64,000 nucleotides of DNA, taken from IMG/VR virus record IMGVR_UViG_3300034104_003795, positions 209,998 through 273,997 of that record; one strand, 5' to 3'. Below are positions 51,501 to 59,358 of this stretch, piece by piece. The notes below the pieces were generated by a model. It worked only from the letters and a program-made list of their open reading frames with translations, was not told the DNA's origin and searched no databases. The stretch's first letter is position 1; the number at the start of each line of letters is the position of its first letter. The translations under genes and the position numbers were made by a program.

Positions 51501-52969
51501 GAAATATACCATTCAGTTCCTTTTACATCTACATAAAGTTTTGCATTATCAATTTGTTCAGCTTCAAAATTTTCAGATATCAATACCTTTTGTAATACCT
51601 GATTATTTGCCTGAATTTTAGTAATCAGTTGTTGAACCGGAACTGTTACAGAAGGAAATGCACTTCCTAATGAATTTGAAGATTGTCTAGAACCACTTAT
51701 GTAAAACTCAATATAGTCATCGGTTGATGTTATAGATTTTTTTCTTACATTGAAATCCAAAGTATATTCTCCACCGGTATTTAAACTAAACGATTGCGTT
51801 GTATGGAAATACCCTACACCACTTGCAACATTTAGTTCGGCAGAATTATACAAATAATTTTGATTAAATGCTACCGTATTATTAGAAGATGATACCCAAT
51901 AGTTTGAAATTATATCACCGGTTAGGATACCATAATTTTCTTCATTCTTATCAGTAGTATTATAATCTTTTAATATTTCATTTGATTCTAACAATACCTT
52001 TTGAACAAACTCAAAATCGCCAATCTTTGACCTAGACTTTCGGTAGACATCAACCGATACAACATCACCAATAAAAGTTGTTAAATCAGATATTGTAATT
52101 TTTGCAAATGAGCCAGTTAATGCCGTTTTTAAATTAGAAGTACCTTCAAGATGTTGAAATGATGCGGTGTATCCTATATTATCAAAACTTTCTACGATAC
52201 CATTAATTGTATATGGGTCTGATGTTAGTACTTCTTTATTAGTAACTATTTGTGTAATTAGTGGATTATAGTTTAATCCCGGAACCGATAATCTTGTATT
52301 TAATACGGAACCCGTCCAATTGGTATTATCCTGTAAGGTTAATCTATATAATGTTGGTAATGTATAATCACTTAACTTTTGTCCAGATTGTGGAGTTATA
52401 GCAGTACCGTCCAAACTACCAGTTTGCACTATTGTTGGTATCGTTGTTGAAAACAAAGGTTTTACTAATTCATCAATTGTTACCCTAGGTCTTCTATAAA
52501 ATCTAACTCTATCTTCGTTGGCTAAAAGTTTATTAACTTTTATTGTTTTTTGCCACTTAACATTATATACACCCTTCCAATCATCCGGAATATCTCTTAC
52601 AACTTTACCATCATCCAAATATTCTTTAAGTTCACCTAAAATAGTAATAGTAGCATCTCCAATAGGAGTATCATCGTAAATATGTACCGATACAATCTTT
52701 GAAGTACCCTCATAGTATTCAGGAATACCATTACCAGGTTCCCAATATATAGGATTACCCTCAACATCCAAAATTTGTATTTTAATTTCGGTTGTTTCTT
52801 TTAAAAAAGGACTACCTTCTATTAGAAATCCATTTTTACCACCAGTAAATGTTTCTTTTAATTCGGTTATTCTGAAATATGTTGAGTTTGCATCGGTATC
52901 AGAAACAAACGTTCCGAAAGAACTAAGCGGTTGTGGTAATACTTCTCCGTATTTTTTTATCAATGGCAT
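45530..52969 (-). CDS. Very large tail/baseplate-associated structural protein (2479 aa)
   Basis: ORF track; beta-rich, Ser/Thr/Gly-rich; repeated LTNEN.S and RG.W...Y...D.V modules; short GTSG tracts; C-terminal AVKAFGTI..Y.I..N.Y fibre-like end. Confidence 0.75.
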   Translation of the reverse strand: MPLIKKYGEVLPQPLSSFGTFVSDTDANSTYFRITELKETFTGGKNGFLIEGSPFLKETTEIKIQILDVEGNPIYWEPGNGIPEYYEGTSKIVSVHIYDDTPIGDATITILGELKEYLDDGKVVRDIPDDWKGVYNVKWQKTIKVNKLLANEDRVRFYRRPRVTIDELVKPLFSTTIPTIVQTGSLDGTAITPQSGQKLSDYTLPTLYRLTLQDNTNWTGSVLNTRLSVPGLNYNPLITQIVTNKEVLTSDPYTINGIVESFDNIGYTASFQHLEGTSNLKTALTGSFAKITISDLTTFIGDVVSVDVYRKSRSKIGDFEFVQKVLLESNEILKDYNTTDKNEENYGILTGDIISNYWVSSSNNTVAFNQNYLYNSAELNVASGVGYFHTTQSFSLNTGGEYTLDFNVRKKSITSTDDYIEFYISGSRQSSNSLGSAFPSVTVPVQQLITKIQANNQVLQKVLISENFEAEQIDNAKLYVDVKGTEWYISDISIKASQETSFSPNELTVVQSVPRSLVSERFDYLFKFYDINGNYIPVNVEASKEFDGGNIQRIEKKLSLNPTSLYFQFDSGSQPIPPTAIAFNIQKTLLTGSVNFTSSSIDFFGNVLSASQYAGGTFPGTLNLTNPDIPVLTVGNFTGSRSDIDVQLVTFTGECEGVTDTVTITAVLDGFGGVNHIIRPYRGTQIRNSSTASLEIQAVRIDGINDIELYSGSRPDRGWNLIQLHVLSGSAPFEKFVNLQYASASGFVQGLTKGTLGTGEINFNATFNRDSIDKRRTIYLISSASAASDWAFNTSASVLASQILEDLQDGLDTPVVTYNTDTFTINFRNETDFRPVSASATASFYLRGTNENPISASILVYPSMSINTDFAPEYWLYWVSQSKDSNISIVAADEAGRSLPARLPSAFIGSPLSQSKVLVATFTYTEPYTLTEISIDKTFTIVPEGKPGDESIVFELTPSNVTLNANAKGDVATYTPANTELKLKQGARYLAFSSSKQPGNFWLNTVTQSMISTGSVDFNNTSSLLLTGINNMTELSASLTYDLLIHPYFTSSKYTQSLVQNFTKAVDGAPPIEILISPQNAILSAFETGYIRTYAPASTSIQLKEGNEYLIYTSSQQRGTWYFQSITGSNIQTASISSPNSTTPTRIGSANYTNFLPPYVSASAFYNLRVYPYSLLPGHRTGSVNLFATQSFTKNSDAVKARTVKLSTSTNTVNFDGDTVVISPVGDITFTATPINITSSQAFYQWFKYDPDSATYGDLGYGISTTDQISIGSSDATSAGETAVFRVEMRDGSASDIIRAVDEITIFGVKAGADSFTANVTNENTSIQVSLWETAFTGSGTQIRAFKAGVPLIHTSSYVSSQVVYYEYGPNSGLPIGNLGYYSASIHSKSSYITVNPQNRLLGNPAEIGNVSGWVAPAVNTAGTVVYKVDFENGRKSEFYSQSFSSQITAPAPYNATLTNENSSIIYRVSGEIEYNLTPTTINVYRGDVELVNSASLIAGQETHTDMYGEAGWKEKCRVSIYAKSAHITLSGSLTAGSFVSGSPAVMGGITQWLNPEVNQTAFIVYQIDCEGRDFLYKTQSLSVQYEGNTGPGIVMRGIWKNDIDYIGSDISGNRRDAVIHPDPATNGNVTQYYGAIQESGPGTGAGIQAPTGTTSDNAYWQYLGNEEFFVAAQIAIFQESYVKNTINVGTKDGSGAFANIVIAGGRPDPYIAIGQTGTQGTAGTSGTSLTTPGIIGYNRPGVFLGLYEDGTNGTTGRFSIKTTGTSGKGMFWDGDQLTIVGSIRQRQPGIPEGSFRGAWQTATTYYEDDTVTYGGASYICGVSHTSTNNTNIDTGYPPNATNSWSVYAAAGTSGVSGTSGVSGTNGANGAGVVYRGLFSTSTNYFHTTERRDIVKQGSTYYLVNDTSKNGQLGTIWGSPPNANWTTFGAQFSSVATDVLFAVEQYVDKSINIGAKGANALIVLNANESGSNANPYISIGQISSSIGPGSWVTESQVQGFNNPGIFIGFDASQPKVSLIGTSGSLIWNGEDLTIQGSISSNDGQIGGWTIGEGSIISANQNIQLYSDPSESIAVFDDSGSLRFFANTQLTLPSPTGVTYSSATLPTVSTSSLQTNAVPNDGTYAPPSYGLISYDYYIIPSSGGSFTAGASGQHIITYTMPFNGSSYARATGDAAAGINVNLQLTKTGHAPQFFTEFVGQSNYATAYANGSIQTYQVWNGFGWDTYYFAAAAQMELPATKFSLIADLQQGVTYYLTLRVVVQNQSIDTSLPSYPPFGIDSEAETSFVLSSTGTITIKTVSAGTVVNGGGFQAVLADDKYLRVRDGISGSYSFSNEITGSLMVDRAISRFSNGYGYPPAVKAFGTIRYNGGGITDTTKYTILNRYNISTSFSIGSFNIYDIVFTTALDSNDYIILFTTSNLTYATQEVGSIAVITGKSTTGFSFRIERPNHSSPGIATTYIGGNLGGHQSPEIVDFVVLSR

Positions 52970-53025
52970 GCTTTTCTATTAATATAAAATAAATATTCTA
53001 ATAAATTTTTATTATTATAATTATA

Positions 53026-53052
53026 TAAAGAATTCTAAAGAAAACTAAAGAA
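53026..53052 (+). promoter_or_regulatory. Three TAAAGAA direct repeats at exact 10-bp spacing; candidate operator
   Basis: TAAAGAA at 53026, 53036, 53046, ending 4 nt before ATG 53057. Confidence 0.55.
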
Positions 53053-53056
53053 TGTT

Positions 53057-53233
53057 ATGAAAAAATACGCTATGATTCAAATTGATGCTGAAATACATCA
53101 ACTTTTGAAAGAGTTTTGTAAAGAGAAAGGATACAAAATAAATGGGTTGGTGGAAACCCTTATAAAAGAAAAGGTAGAAGCTTCAAAGAAACCTCTACCT
53201 AAAAATATATTACCAGTTAGTTCTAGAACTTAA
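53057..53233 (+). CDS. Ribbon-helix-helix DNA-binding protein (58 aa; only credible plus-strand gene; missed by ORF track)
   Basis: MKKYAMIQIDAEIHQLLKEFCKEKGYKINGLVETLIKEKVEASKKPLPKNILPVSSRT*: alternating beta strand, helix, G turn, helix as in Arc/CopG/MetJ. Confidence 0.75.
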   Translation: MKKYAMIQIDAEIHQLLKEFCKEKGYKINGLVETLIKEKVEASKKPLPKNILPVSSRT

Positions 53234-56200
53234 TTTTAGAAAATCCTTCTACTTTCTTAATTTCAATAAGTCCATCTACAATATCTCTCATTTGTTCTAA
53301 ATGAGAAATTACCCAAATAAAATCAAATTGAGTTTTAAGATACTGCATCATCATAAACAATGAAGATAGATTATCCGCATCTAATGTTCCAAACCCTTCA
53401 TCGATTACCAGGAAGTTTGGTCTTGGTAACCCACAGATGTTAATTAGAGCCACTCTAATCGCTAGACCTGATATAAACTTCTCCATACCACTACACATCT
53501 CTAATGTCCATTCCTGGTCCTCGTAAACGATTCTAGCGTTGATGTTCTTTCCATCGGTATCCATAGAGATTGAAAAATCTACTACTTGTCCTAATATGTT
53601 ATTCACTTCGTTTTCAATTGCCGGAAGTGCTTTAGTAATAAGTTCGTATGGTACACCATCTTTCTTAACCGCATCTAAATAATAAGTGTACAAATCATTT
53701 TTTATTTCTAAATCTTTTACTTCCTGTATTTTATTCTTTGTAGTATTGATATATGATTCAATAGAACCAATTTCTCCAGTTAGATTTAGAATTTTTCTAT
53801 TTGTTTCTTTTATTAAGATTTCCAATTGTTTTTTATCAGTTTCTAACTTCTTTATATCTTCGTTGATTGCTTTGTTTTTCTCTATTGTTGCCTGATTATC
53901 ATAATATCTACGGATATCCGATTGTACATTATCCAATTGAGTTAAAAGAAGTTCATAGTGAGTTTTCAACCCATCTAATTCAGCTTCTGCTTTTTCAGAA
54001 ACAACAACTCCCTTTTGATATTTGTTTCTTAATTCCAAAAGTTTATCCCAAACACTATCTACATCCGAATATGGTTGGATTGATTTTATAAGAGCACCAT
54101 GTGTTAGATTTAATTCTTCTAATTCTTTTTCTTGTGTTACCACTATCTCTTTTGTGGCAATCGCATCCTTTACAAATACGTTGTTCATACAAAACTTACA
54201 ATTTGGGTCATATTCATGTTGTTCCAAATGTTTTAGTTTTTCTAAATTAGATTCATATTGAGCTTCTAATTTATCTATTTGTTGTTGAACATCCGATATC
54301 TGTCCTTTTAATGAATCCCATTGTTTCTTTGCATCATCTATTGACATCCCATTTACTTCGGTGTGTTCATTGATTGATTGAGAAACCTCTCCTAAAAGGT
54401 ACTGGTACTCCAAGATTTTGGTTTGTTTATCTGTCCTATTAGTTTTATTGATTTCAATTTTGTCTTTAATAACACCCTTTAAATCCTCCAAGGATTGTAG
54501 TTCTAACTTTGAATCAATTGGTACAATGGATTCCTTTAAATCGGATATTTGATTTTGTATTTTTTCTTTTGAATCCGAATCCGCTTTTAACATACCGTTT
54601 AACTCTTTTAACTCTTCATTTTTAGTTTGAAGGTCGGTTTCCTTCGTCGCCAATTCCGAAGTAAAATCAGTACGTTTGAAATTTCTGATAAGCACAGCCA
54701 CTTCTTTAATCTCCTCACTCGCCGTTTCATACAATTTATCAAATATATCCAATCCCATAAATTGAGCAAGTAAATCCTTTCTATCAGATTGTGATTTATC
54801 AATGAATAGGGCGTTGTTTCCTTGTAAGGATAGTGCCGTCATTACGAAATCTTCATACCTTCCTACATAAGTTTCAATGACTTGGTTTGTATCCCTTCTC
54901 TCCGTACCATTAAGGGATTCACTTACCCCATCTACTATTTTCCAAAACTGAACATCTACTTTAACGTTCTTTCCCTTATTAACTATTCTTGCTTCTCTCC
55001 TTATAGAGTATTCTACACCTTCAACCTGAAAATCCAATTGACAATGGAAGTCCGCTTTCCGATTATTCATTATGTTTGCCGCTTTGAATGCTCTACTACA
55101 CTTATCAAATAAACAAAATGAAATTGCATCAAATAGAGATGATTTACCGGCTGCGTTTGGTGCGAATAATCCCATCAATCCATTTACTTTGTCAAAATTG
55201 ATTACGTTATCTTCGCCATAAGAGAACATATTGGAGAACTCAAATCTTACCGGCTTCCATTGTATGTTTCTTGCTATATCATCTAATACAACTCTACTAT
55301 TAATTTCTTTGTTTAAGGATTGTATTCCTGCTATATCTTCCGGTGTTGCAAACGGCATCATTCTTCCGATATAATCCGTAATTAGGGAGTTTTGGTAATT
55401 TATATCGGTAATATCTTCTAACTCTAATTGATTATCTCTATCACCTGTCTTTTTCTTTTGTAAACTATCGGTTTTAATTACGGTGAAATCTTCTACACCG
55501 TATTTCATTTTGATTTCGGTGATTGCCTTTTTAGTATCTGCCGCATCGGTTTCAGAAAATCTTACCCTAAGCCTTGGATAAGTAGGTAAATCAGTAACGT
55601 CAGGAACAACTCCTGCGATAATATCCATGGTATAATAACCATAATCGTTTTTAATATCAATTTCTTCATATGTTAATGTATCTAAGTCCCAAACTAAAAA
55701 CCCATGTTTATCAAGGGTTTCTCCAAAATTTTGTTGCACCAACGAACCTGCGTAAACGCACTTACATCCTTTAGGGGAGATTAGTTCTTGTCTTTTGTGG
55801 ATATCACCTAATAGGGCCAAATCGTAACCATCAAACATATCAGTTGTGAAGTGTCTGGATGATACTACATAACCAATATCGGTTTGTGAGTGGTCCACAG
55901 GTCCGTGAAATAGTGCAATCTTTTTGTTTCCAAATAGAGTATCAGCTTTTGGCCAATTATCTTTATTATCAAATATACTGAATACTGCAAAATCAACATC
56001 TCCAATTGCGTAAACTTGCGTATCTCTTAAATAATGTAGGTTTGGTAATTTTAATGCTTCTACAATTGGAGTAAGTACATCCAATCTATCGGAATTATTC
56101 ATATTACAGTCGTGATTACCAGCAATAAGAATAGTTTCACAATGTTTCGTACACTCGGTTAATAACCAACTTATTTCTTTTAATAATTCAGGTGACATTT

Positions 56201-56369
56201 CTAATTTAGCATGTGCAATATCACCTGCCAAATAAATAAGAGAATCTTCCGTACCTCTATTACGAATTTCCTCAAACATTTTTTCAAATACACCTCTAAA
56301 TTCTTTGTGCCTCTTTACATTACGAATATGAATATCCGCGATGTGGTAAATCTTTTTTAATCTACTCAT
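53223..56369 (-). CDS. Fused Mre11-Rad50 (SbcD-SbcC, T4 gp47-gp46) recombination nuclease/ATPase
   Basis: Phosphoesterase ADIH, AGDIAH, GNHD, FHG, GDIH; Walker A APNAAGKSS; zinc hook CKFC; signature CSGMEKF; Walker B VIDEGFGTLD; H-loop ISH. Confidence 0.92.
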   Translation of the reverse strand: MSRLKKIYHIADIHIRNVKRHKEFRGVFEKMFEEIRNRGTEDSLIYLAGDIAHAKLEMSPELLKEISWLLTECTKHCETILIAGNHDCNMNNSDRLDVLTPIVEALKLPNLHYLRDTQVYAIGDVDFAVFSIFDNKDNWPKADTLFGNKKIALFHGPVDHSQTDIGYVVSSRHFTTDMFDGYDLALLGDIHKRQELISPKGCKCVYAGSLVQQNFGETLDKHGFLVWDLDTLTYEEIDIKNDYGYYTMDIIAGVVPDVTDLPTYPRLRVRFSETDAADTKKAITEIKMKYGVEDFTVIKTDSLQKKKTGDRDNQLELEDITDINYQNSLITDYIGRMMPFATPEDIAGIQSLNKEINSRVVLDDIARNIQWKPVRFEFSNMFSYGEDNVINFDKVNGLMGLFAPNAAGKSSLFDAISFCLFDKCSRAFKAANIMNNRKADFHCQLDFQVEGVEYSIRREARIVNKGKNVKVDVQFWKIVDGVSESLNGTERRDTNQVIETYVGRYEDFVMTALSLQGNNALFIDKSQSDRKDLLAQFMGLDIFDKLYETASEEIKEVAVLIRNFKRTDFTSELATKETDLQTKNEELKELNGMLKADSDSKEKIQNQISDLKESIVPIDSKLELQSLEDLKGVIKDKIEINKTNRTDKQTKILEYQYLLGEVSQSINEHTEVNGMSIDDAKKQWDSLKGQISDVQQQIDKLEAQYESNLEKLKHLEQHEYDPNCKFCMNNVFVKDAIATKEIVVTQEKELEELNLTHGALIKSIQPYSDVDSVWDKLLELRNKYQKGVVVSEKAEAELDGLKTHYELLLTQLDNVQSDIRRYYDNQATIEKNKAINEDIKKLETDKKQLEILIKETNRKILNLTGEIGSIESYINTTKNKIQEVKDLEIKNDLYTYYLDAVKKDGVPYELITKALPAIENEVNNILGQVVDFSISMDTDGKNINARIVYEDQEWTLEMCSGMEKFISGLAIRVALINICGLPRPNFLVIDEGFGTLDADNLSSLFMMMQYLKTQFDFIWVISHLEQMRDIVDGLIEIKKVEGFSKIKF

Positions 56370-57301
56370 ATATTATTCAACTTTGCTAACACCAAATCAT
56401 CCCAACTGGTTTCTTTGGCGGATTTTAATAATTCATTTACTTTTTGGAATCCCATCTCACCCGCATCTTTATCGGTTGGTATGATATTCCTAACTTTGAT
56501 TCCATTCTTTTGAAACCATTCGGTATGTTTAGTGGAATCTTCTACGGCATCAGAATCTAACATAATTGTTACATCCTTAACACCCTTTTCCATAATTTTA
56601 TTTTTGAGTTTGCCGAGTAAGAACTTACCCAACAACGGAATTACATTTCTTTTGACTGAGAAGGAATCAAACACTCCTTCAACTAATGTTATTGGTTCGT
56701 TCCAATTAATCATATTCTCAAATACAATTACATCTCTACTAATTGGTGGGTTCTTATACTTCATTTTCTCATCTTCATAAAAAGAACGAGCTACAAAATA
56801 ATTAAGGTCACCGGTATCATCATAAGAAGGTATAATAACCCTTCCACCATAAAGTCCATCTTCACAATATCCGATATTATGTTTTACTATATCAGCATGT
56901 GTAATACCTCTTTTATTTAAGTAATGTATTGCCTGATTATACGATGGATTAATACCCTTTGGTTTAAAATATAATTGTTTGAATTCTTTTGGTAATTGTA
57001 ATTTTGCTACATATTCCTCTTTTGAATCGTATTCTGGTTCATCACCATATACATCTTTTACAACACCAATATCCCTAATATCTACGTTAAGTTTACGAAG
57101 AAGGGATGTTATACTCCTACCTTTAGAATCACATACCCAACAATGCCATCTTTGAGTATCCAAATTGATTTGTAGTTTCTTTTTATGGTGATTACAAAAA
57201 GGACAATGGTGTGCCTGCTCATTTCCCTTTAAGGATGAACCAACTCCCAATGCAGAGTCTAATATATTGATTATTTTTAATTTGTTCTTACCCGATAACA
57301 T
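56366..57301 (-). CDS. DNA primase (Zn-binding + TOPRIM), T4 gp61-like
   Basis: HCPFC...WHCWVCD; GRVIIP; LVEGVFD; MLDSDA. Start probably ATG 57301 (MLSGKNK). Confidence 0.88.
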   Translation of the reverse strand: MLSGKNKLKIINILDSALGVGSSLKGNEQAHHCPFCNHHKKKLQINLDTQRWHCWVCDSKGRSITSLLRKLNVDIRDIGVVKDVYGDEPEYDSKEEYVAKLQLPKEFKQLYFKPKGINPSYNQAIHYLNKRGITHADIVKHNIGYCEDGLYGGRVIIPSYDDTGDLNYFVARSFYEDEKMKYKNPPISRDVIVFENMINWNEPITLVEGVFDSFSVKRNVIPLLGKFLLGKLKNKIMEKGVKDVTIMLDSDAVEDSTKHTEWFQKNGIKVRNIIPTDKDAGEMGFQKVNELLKSAKETSWDDLVLAKLNNI

Positions 57302-57329
57302 AATTTTGGTTATATCCACAAAAACTATG

Positions 57330-57361
57330 TAAATATACAACATTTTTCGGATATATCCAAA
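57330..57361 (-). promoter_or_regulatory. Bacteroidota-type sigma promoter (variant TATATTTA) upstream of primase
   Basis: TTTG (57361-57358), 20 nt, TATATTTA (57337-57330). Confidence 0.6.
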
Positions 57362-57366
57362 TTTAA

Positions 57367-57570
57367 TTAACCTCCGTGAGAATTTTTGATATCAATAAGA
57401 AAATCGGCTAAAAATTGAAGTTTATTAGCTACTTCTTCTCTAGGTTTATTTTGAAGGACCATATTTTTAAGGTCTAATAGTGATGCAGCCGCTACCGAAT
57501 GTGCATCATCTTTTGAATTTAAATAAGAATCGGAGATTCCGTATTTGTTACAAATGTCTGAAATTGTCAT
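57367..57570 (-). CDS. Hypothetical protein (67 aa)
   Basis: ORF track; fills gap, same strand. Confidence 0.6.
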   Translation of the reverse strand: MTISDICNKYGISDSYLNSKDDAHSVAAASLLDLKNMVLQNKPREEVANKLQFLADFLIDIKNSHGG

Positions 57571-57572
57571 AA

Positions 57573-57986
57573 CTATTGATTTATTATATCCCTACGGAAG
57601 AACTTTCCCATAAGGTTTTCGTTTATTGCTTGTTCGTTGGCAAGTACATCGTAATGAAACTGCCATTTAATTTCGTAATATGATAATGATTTCTTTGAGA
57701 AACAAAACTGAATAATCTCTCTTTCAAAATCACCAGCGTTTCCAGCTTTAACTTCCGATTTAATCCATTCGTTTGATGAATAGTATTTTTCCCAATCGGA
57801 TGCTTTCTTTACAACCCTTCTACGAGTCTTTCCTTTTAACGGCTTTAATCTTCTGGTTTGAGATAGAGATTTTTTACCTATATAGAATCTACCGGTTGGG
57901 ATATGTATCATTTTATAGACAAACCCAACCGCACCTTCAGGTGTGGTTTCTTCTGTAACAATATTTCCATTAAATTTCCAAGACAT
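57573..57986 (-). CDS. GIY-YIG-like small nuclease-fold protein (137 aa)
   Basis: GFVYKMIHIPTGRFYIGKK...W..Y.SS...F.REII...LSY.E...Q...VL....N.N. Confidence 0.7.
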   Translation of the reverse strand: MSWKFNGNIVTEETTPEGAVGFVYKMIHIPTGRFYIGKKSLSQTRRLKPLKGKTRRRVVKKASDWEKYYSSNEWIKSEVKAGNAGDFEREIIQFCFSKKSLSYYEIKWQFHYDVLANEQAINENLMGKFFRRDIINQ

Positions 57987-57992
57987 TTTGGA

Positions 57993-58289
57993 TTATCCTT
58001 TTTTCACTTTTTTAGTGTATTCATTATCACCAGGACCGTATCCAGGTATCTTTACTCCAGGTGATGGTTTTGGGTCACTACCTAGTTCACCTTTTCTACC
58101 AGATTTTAATTTAGCATCGGTTAATACCGCAGGGTCAGGATTTCCAAATGTAGGGGTAGGGTTACCTCCAGGAATAGTTCCAGTTGAATATGGAGTTTGG
58201 TCTTTTGAAGTACGAGCTTTCGCTTTTGTCCAATCGTTTTGTAAGCCACCACCGTTGAAGCTGTTATATAAGTCTACTAATTTTGACAT
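57993..58289 (-). CDS. Hypothetical Gly/Pro-rich protein (98 aa)
   Basis: ORF track; ATATTTAT motif 17 nt upstream. Confidence 0.65.
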   Translation of the reverse strand: MSKLVDLYNSFNGGGLQNDWTKAKARTSKDQTPYSTGTIPGGNPTPTFGNPDPAVLTDAKLKSGRKGELGSDPKPSPGVKIPGYGPGDNEYTKKVKKG

Positions 58290-58328
58290 TTTTGTGTTAT
58301 TTACATATAAATATAAAAGAAAACCGAT

Positions 58329-59282
58329 TTAAGTATCAAATCTTACTATAAAGTTTAATGGATAGTCTGGTAACGATTTTATTGGTTTAGGTAACTTCGC
58401 TACTGCTATCATATTTAATTCATCATCATATAACGCAATTGTTGTAATATATGGTGCTAAATATGAACCAGTTGGGTCTACCGAACCACTATACATATAA
58501 TCATCAAAACTTCCAAATACATTCGGATTTAACGAAGATGTAAACGGATATTTTTTACCTCTAACCCATTTAACACCAGGTTCGTAAAAAGAAGATGTAA
58601 CTAAATCATTAGTTAAAGTATTTCCAGGTCTATTAATTATTGTTTGAATTTTTTTACCACCATCTTCATAAACTGCCGAAGGATTTTGTGAATAATTAAA
58701 TTCATTTTCTAATACTGATAAAAATATTTCATTTTCAAATATCGTTTTTGTAGAACGAAAATCCAATCTAAAAGATGATGTAAACGATGAACCAGTTACA
58801 ATACCATCGGTCATTACCACCAATCCTCTATCATAAAATATATTACCTTTTATATTACTAGCAGAATCAATTAAATTAGAATGTCCATCATCGGTATATA
58901 CTTTAGTTGAACCAAGTAAATCATCCGTTAATACTACCGAACCAACTTTAATACCTTCTCCATAATATTCTTGAGGAACACAAATAACCGCAATTTCATT
59001 TCCAATTACTCTTTCATCTTTAGAAGCATATGAATGTCTTAATCCAACTTCATACAATATAGAAGCGGTATCTGCATTTCTATAAAATTGTGATTTTATT
59101 GAATAATACAAACTTCTTTTTGATATCTCTCCGTTTGTTTTAGGGTCAGTTTCAATATCATATTCACCACCACTACCAGTTGATGCAAAATAAACCGGAA
59201 CATCATTCTCGTCTAAACTCCATTCTTTGTAAACCTTCATTGGTCTTACAATAATGTCCGATTTAGGAATTTCTTTTATCAT
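58329..59282 (-). CDS. Baseplate/tail-base structural protein (317 aa)
   Basis: C-terminal PYITTIALYDDELNMIAVAKLPKPIKS shared with the upstream gene; structural cluster. Confidence 0.65.
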   Translation of the reverse strand: MIKEIPKSDIIVRPMKVYKEWSLDENDVPVYFASTGSGGEYDIETDPKTNGEISKRSLYYSIKSQFYRNADTASILYEVGLRHSYASKDERVIGNEIAVICVPQEYYGEGIKVGSVVLTDDLLGSTKVYTDDGHSNLIDSASNIKGNIFYDRGLVVMTDGIVTGSSFTSSFRLDFRSTKTIFENEIFLSVLENEFNYSQNPSAVYEDGGKKIQTIINRPGNTLTNDLVTSSFYEPGVKWVRGKKYPFTSSLNPNVFGSFDDYMYSGSVDPTGSYLAPYITTIALYDDELNMIAVAKLPKPIKSLPDYPLNFIVRFDT

Positions 59283-59313
59283 TTATACTAGATTTATTAA
59301 TAAATATTCTTAT

Positions 59314-59340
59314 AATAAAAAACCCCCTTTCGGGGGTTTT
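59314..59340 (-). terminator. Rho-independent terminator
   Basis: Minus-strand AAAACCCCC-GAAA-GGGGGTTTTTTATT, 19 nt after stop at 59359. Confidence 0.85.
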
Positions 59341-59358
59341 CGTATATCATTTATTATA

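Noticed and set aside
57311-57358. TATATCC/GGATATA inverted repeat around the primase promoter
   Set aside because: Short and low complexity; no second copy found to support an operator.
57573-57986. Mobile homing endonuclease
   Set aside because: Only the short GIY-YIG-like catalytic module, with no DNA-binding extension and no interrupted host gene; more likely a resident phage gene.
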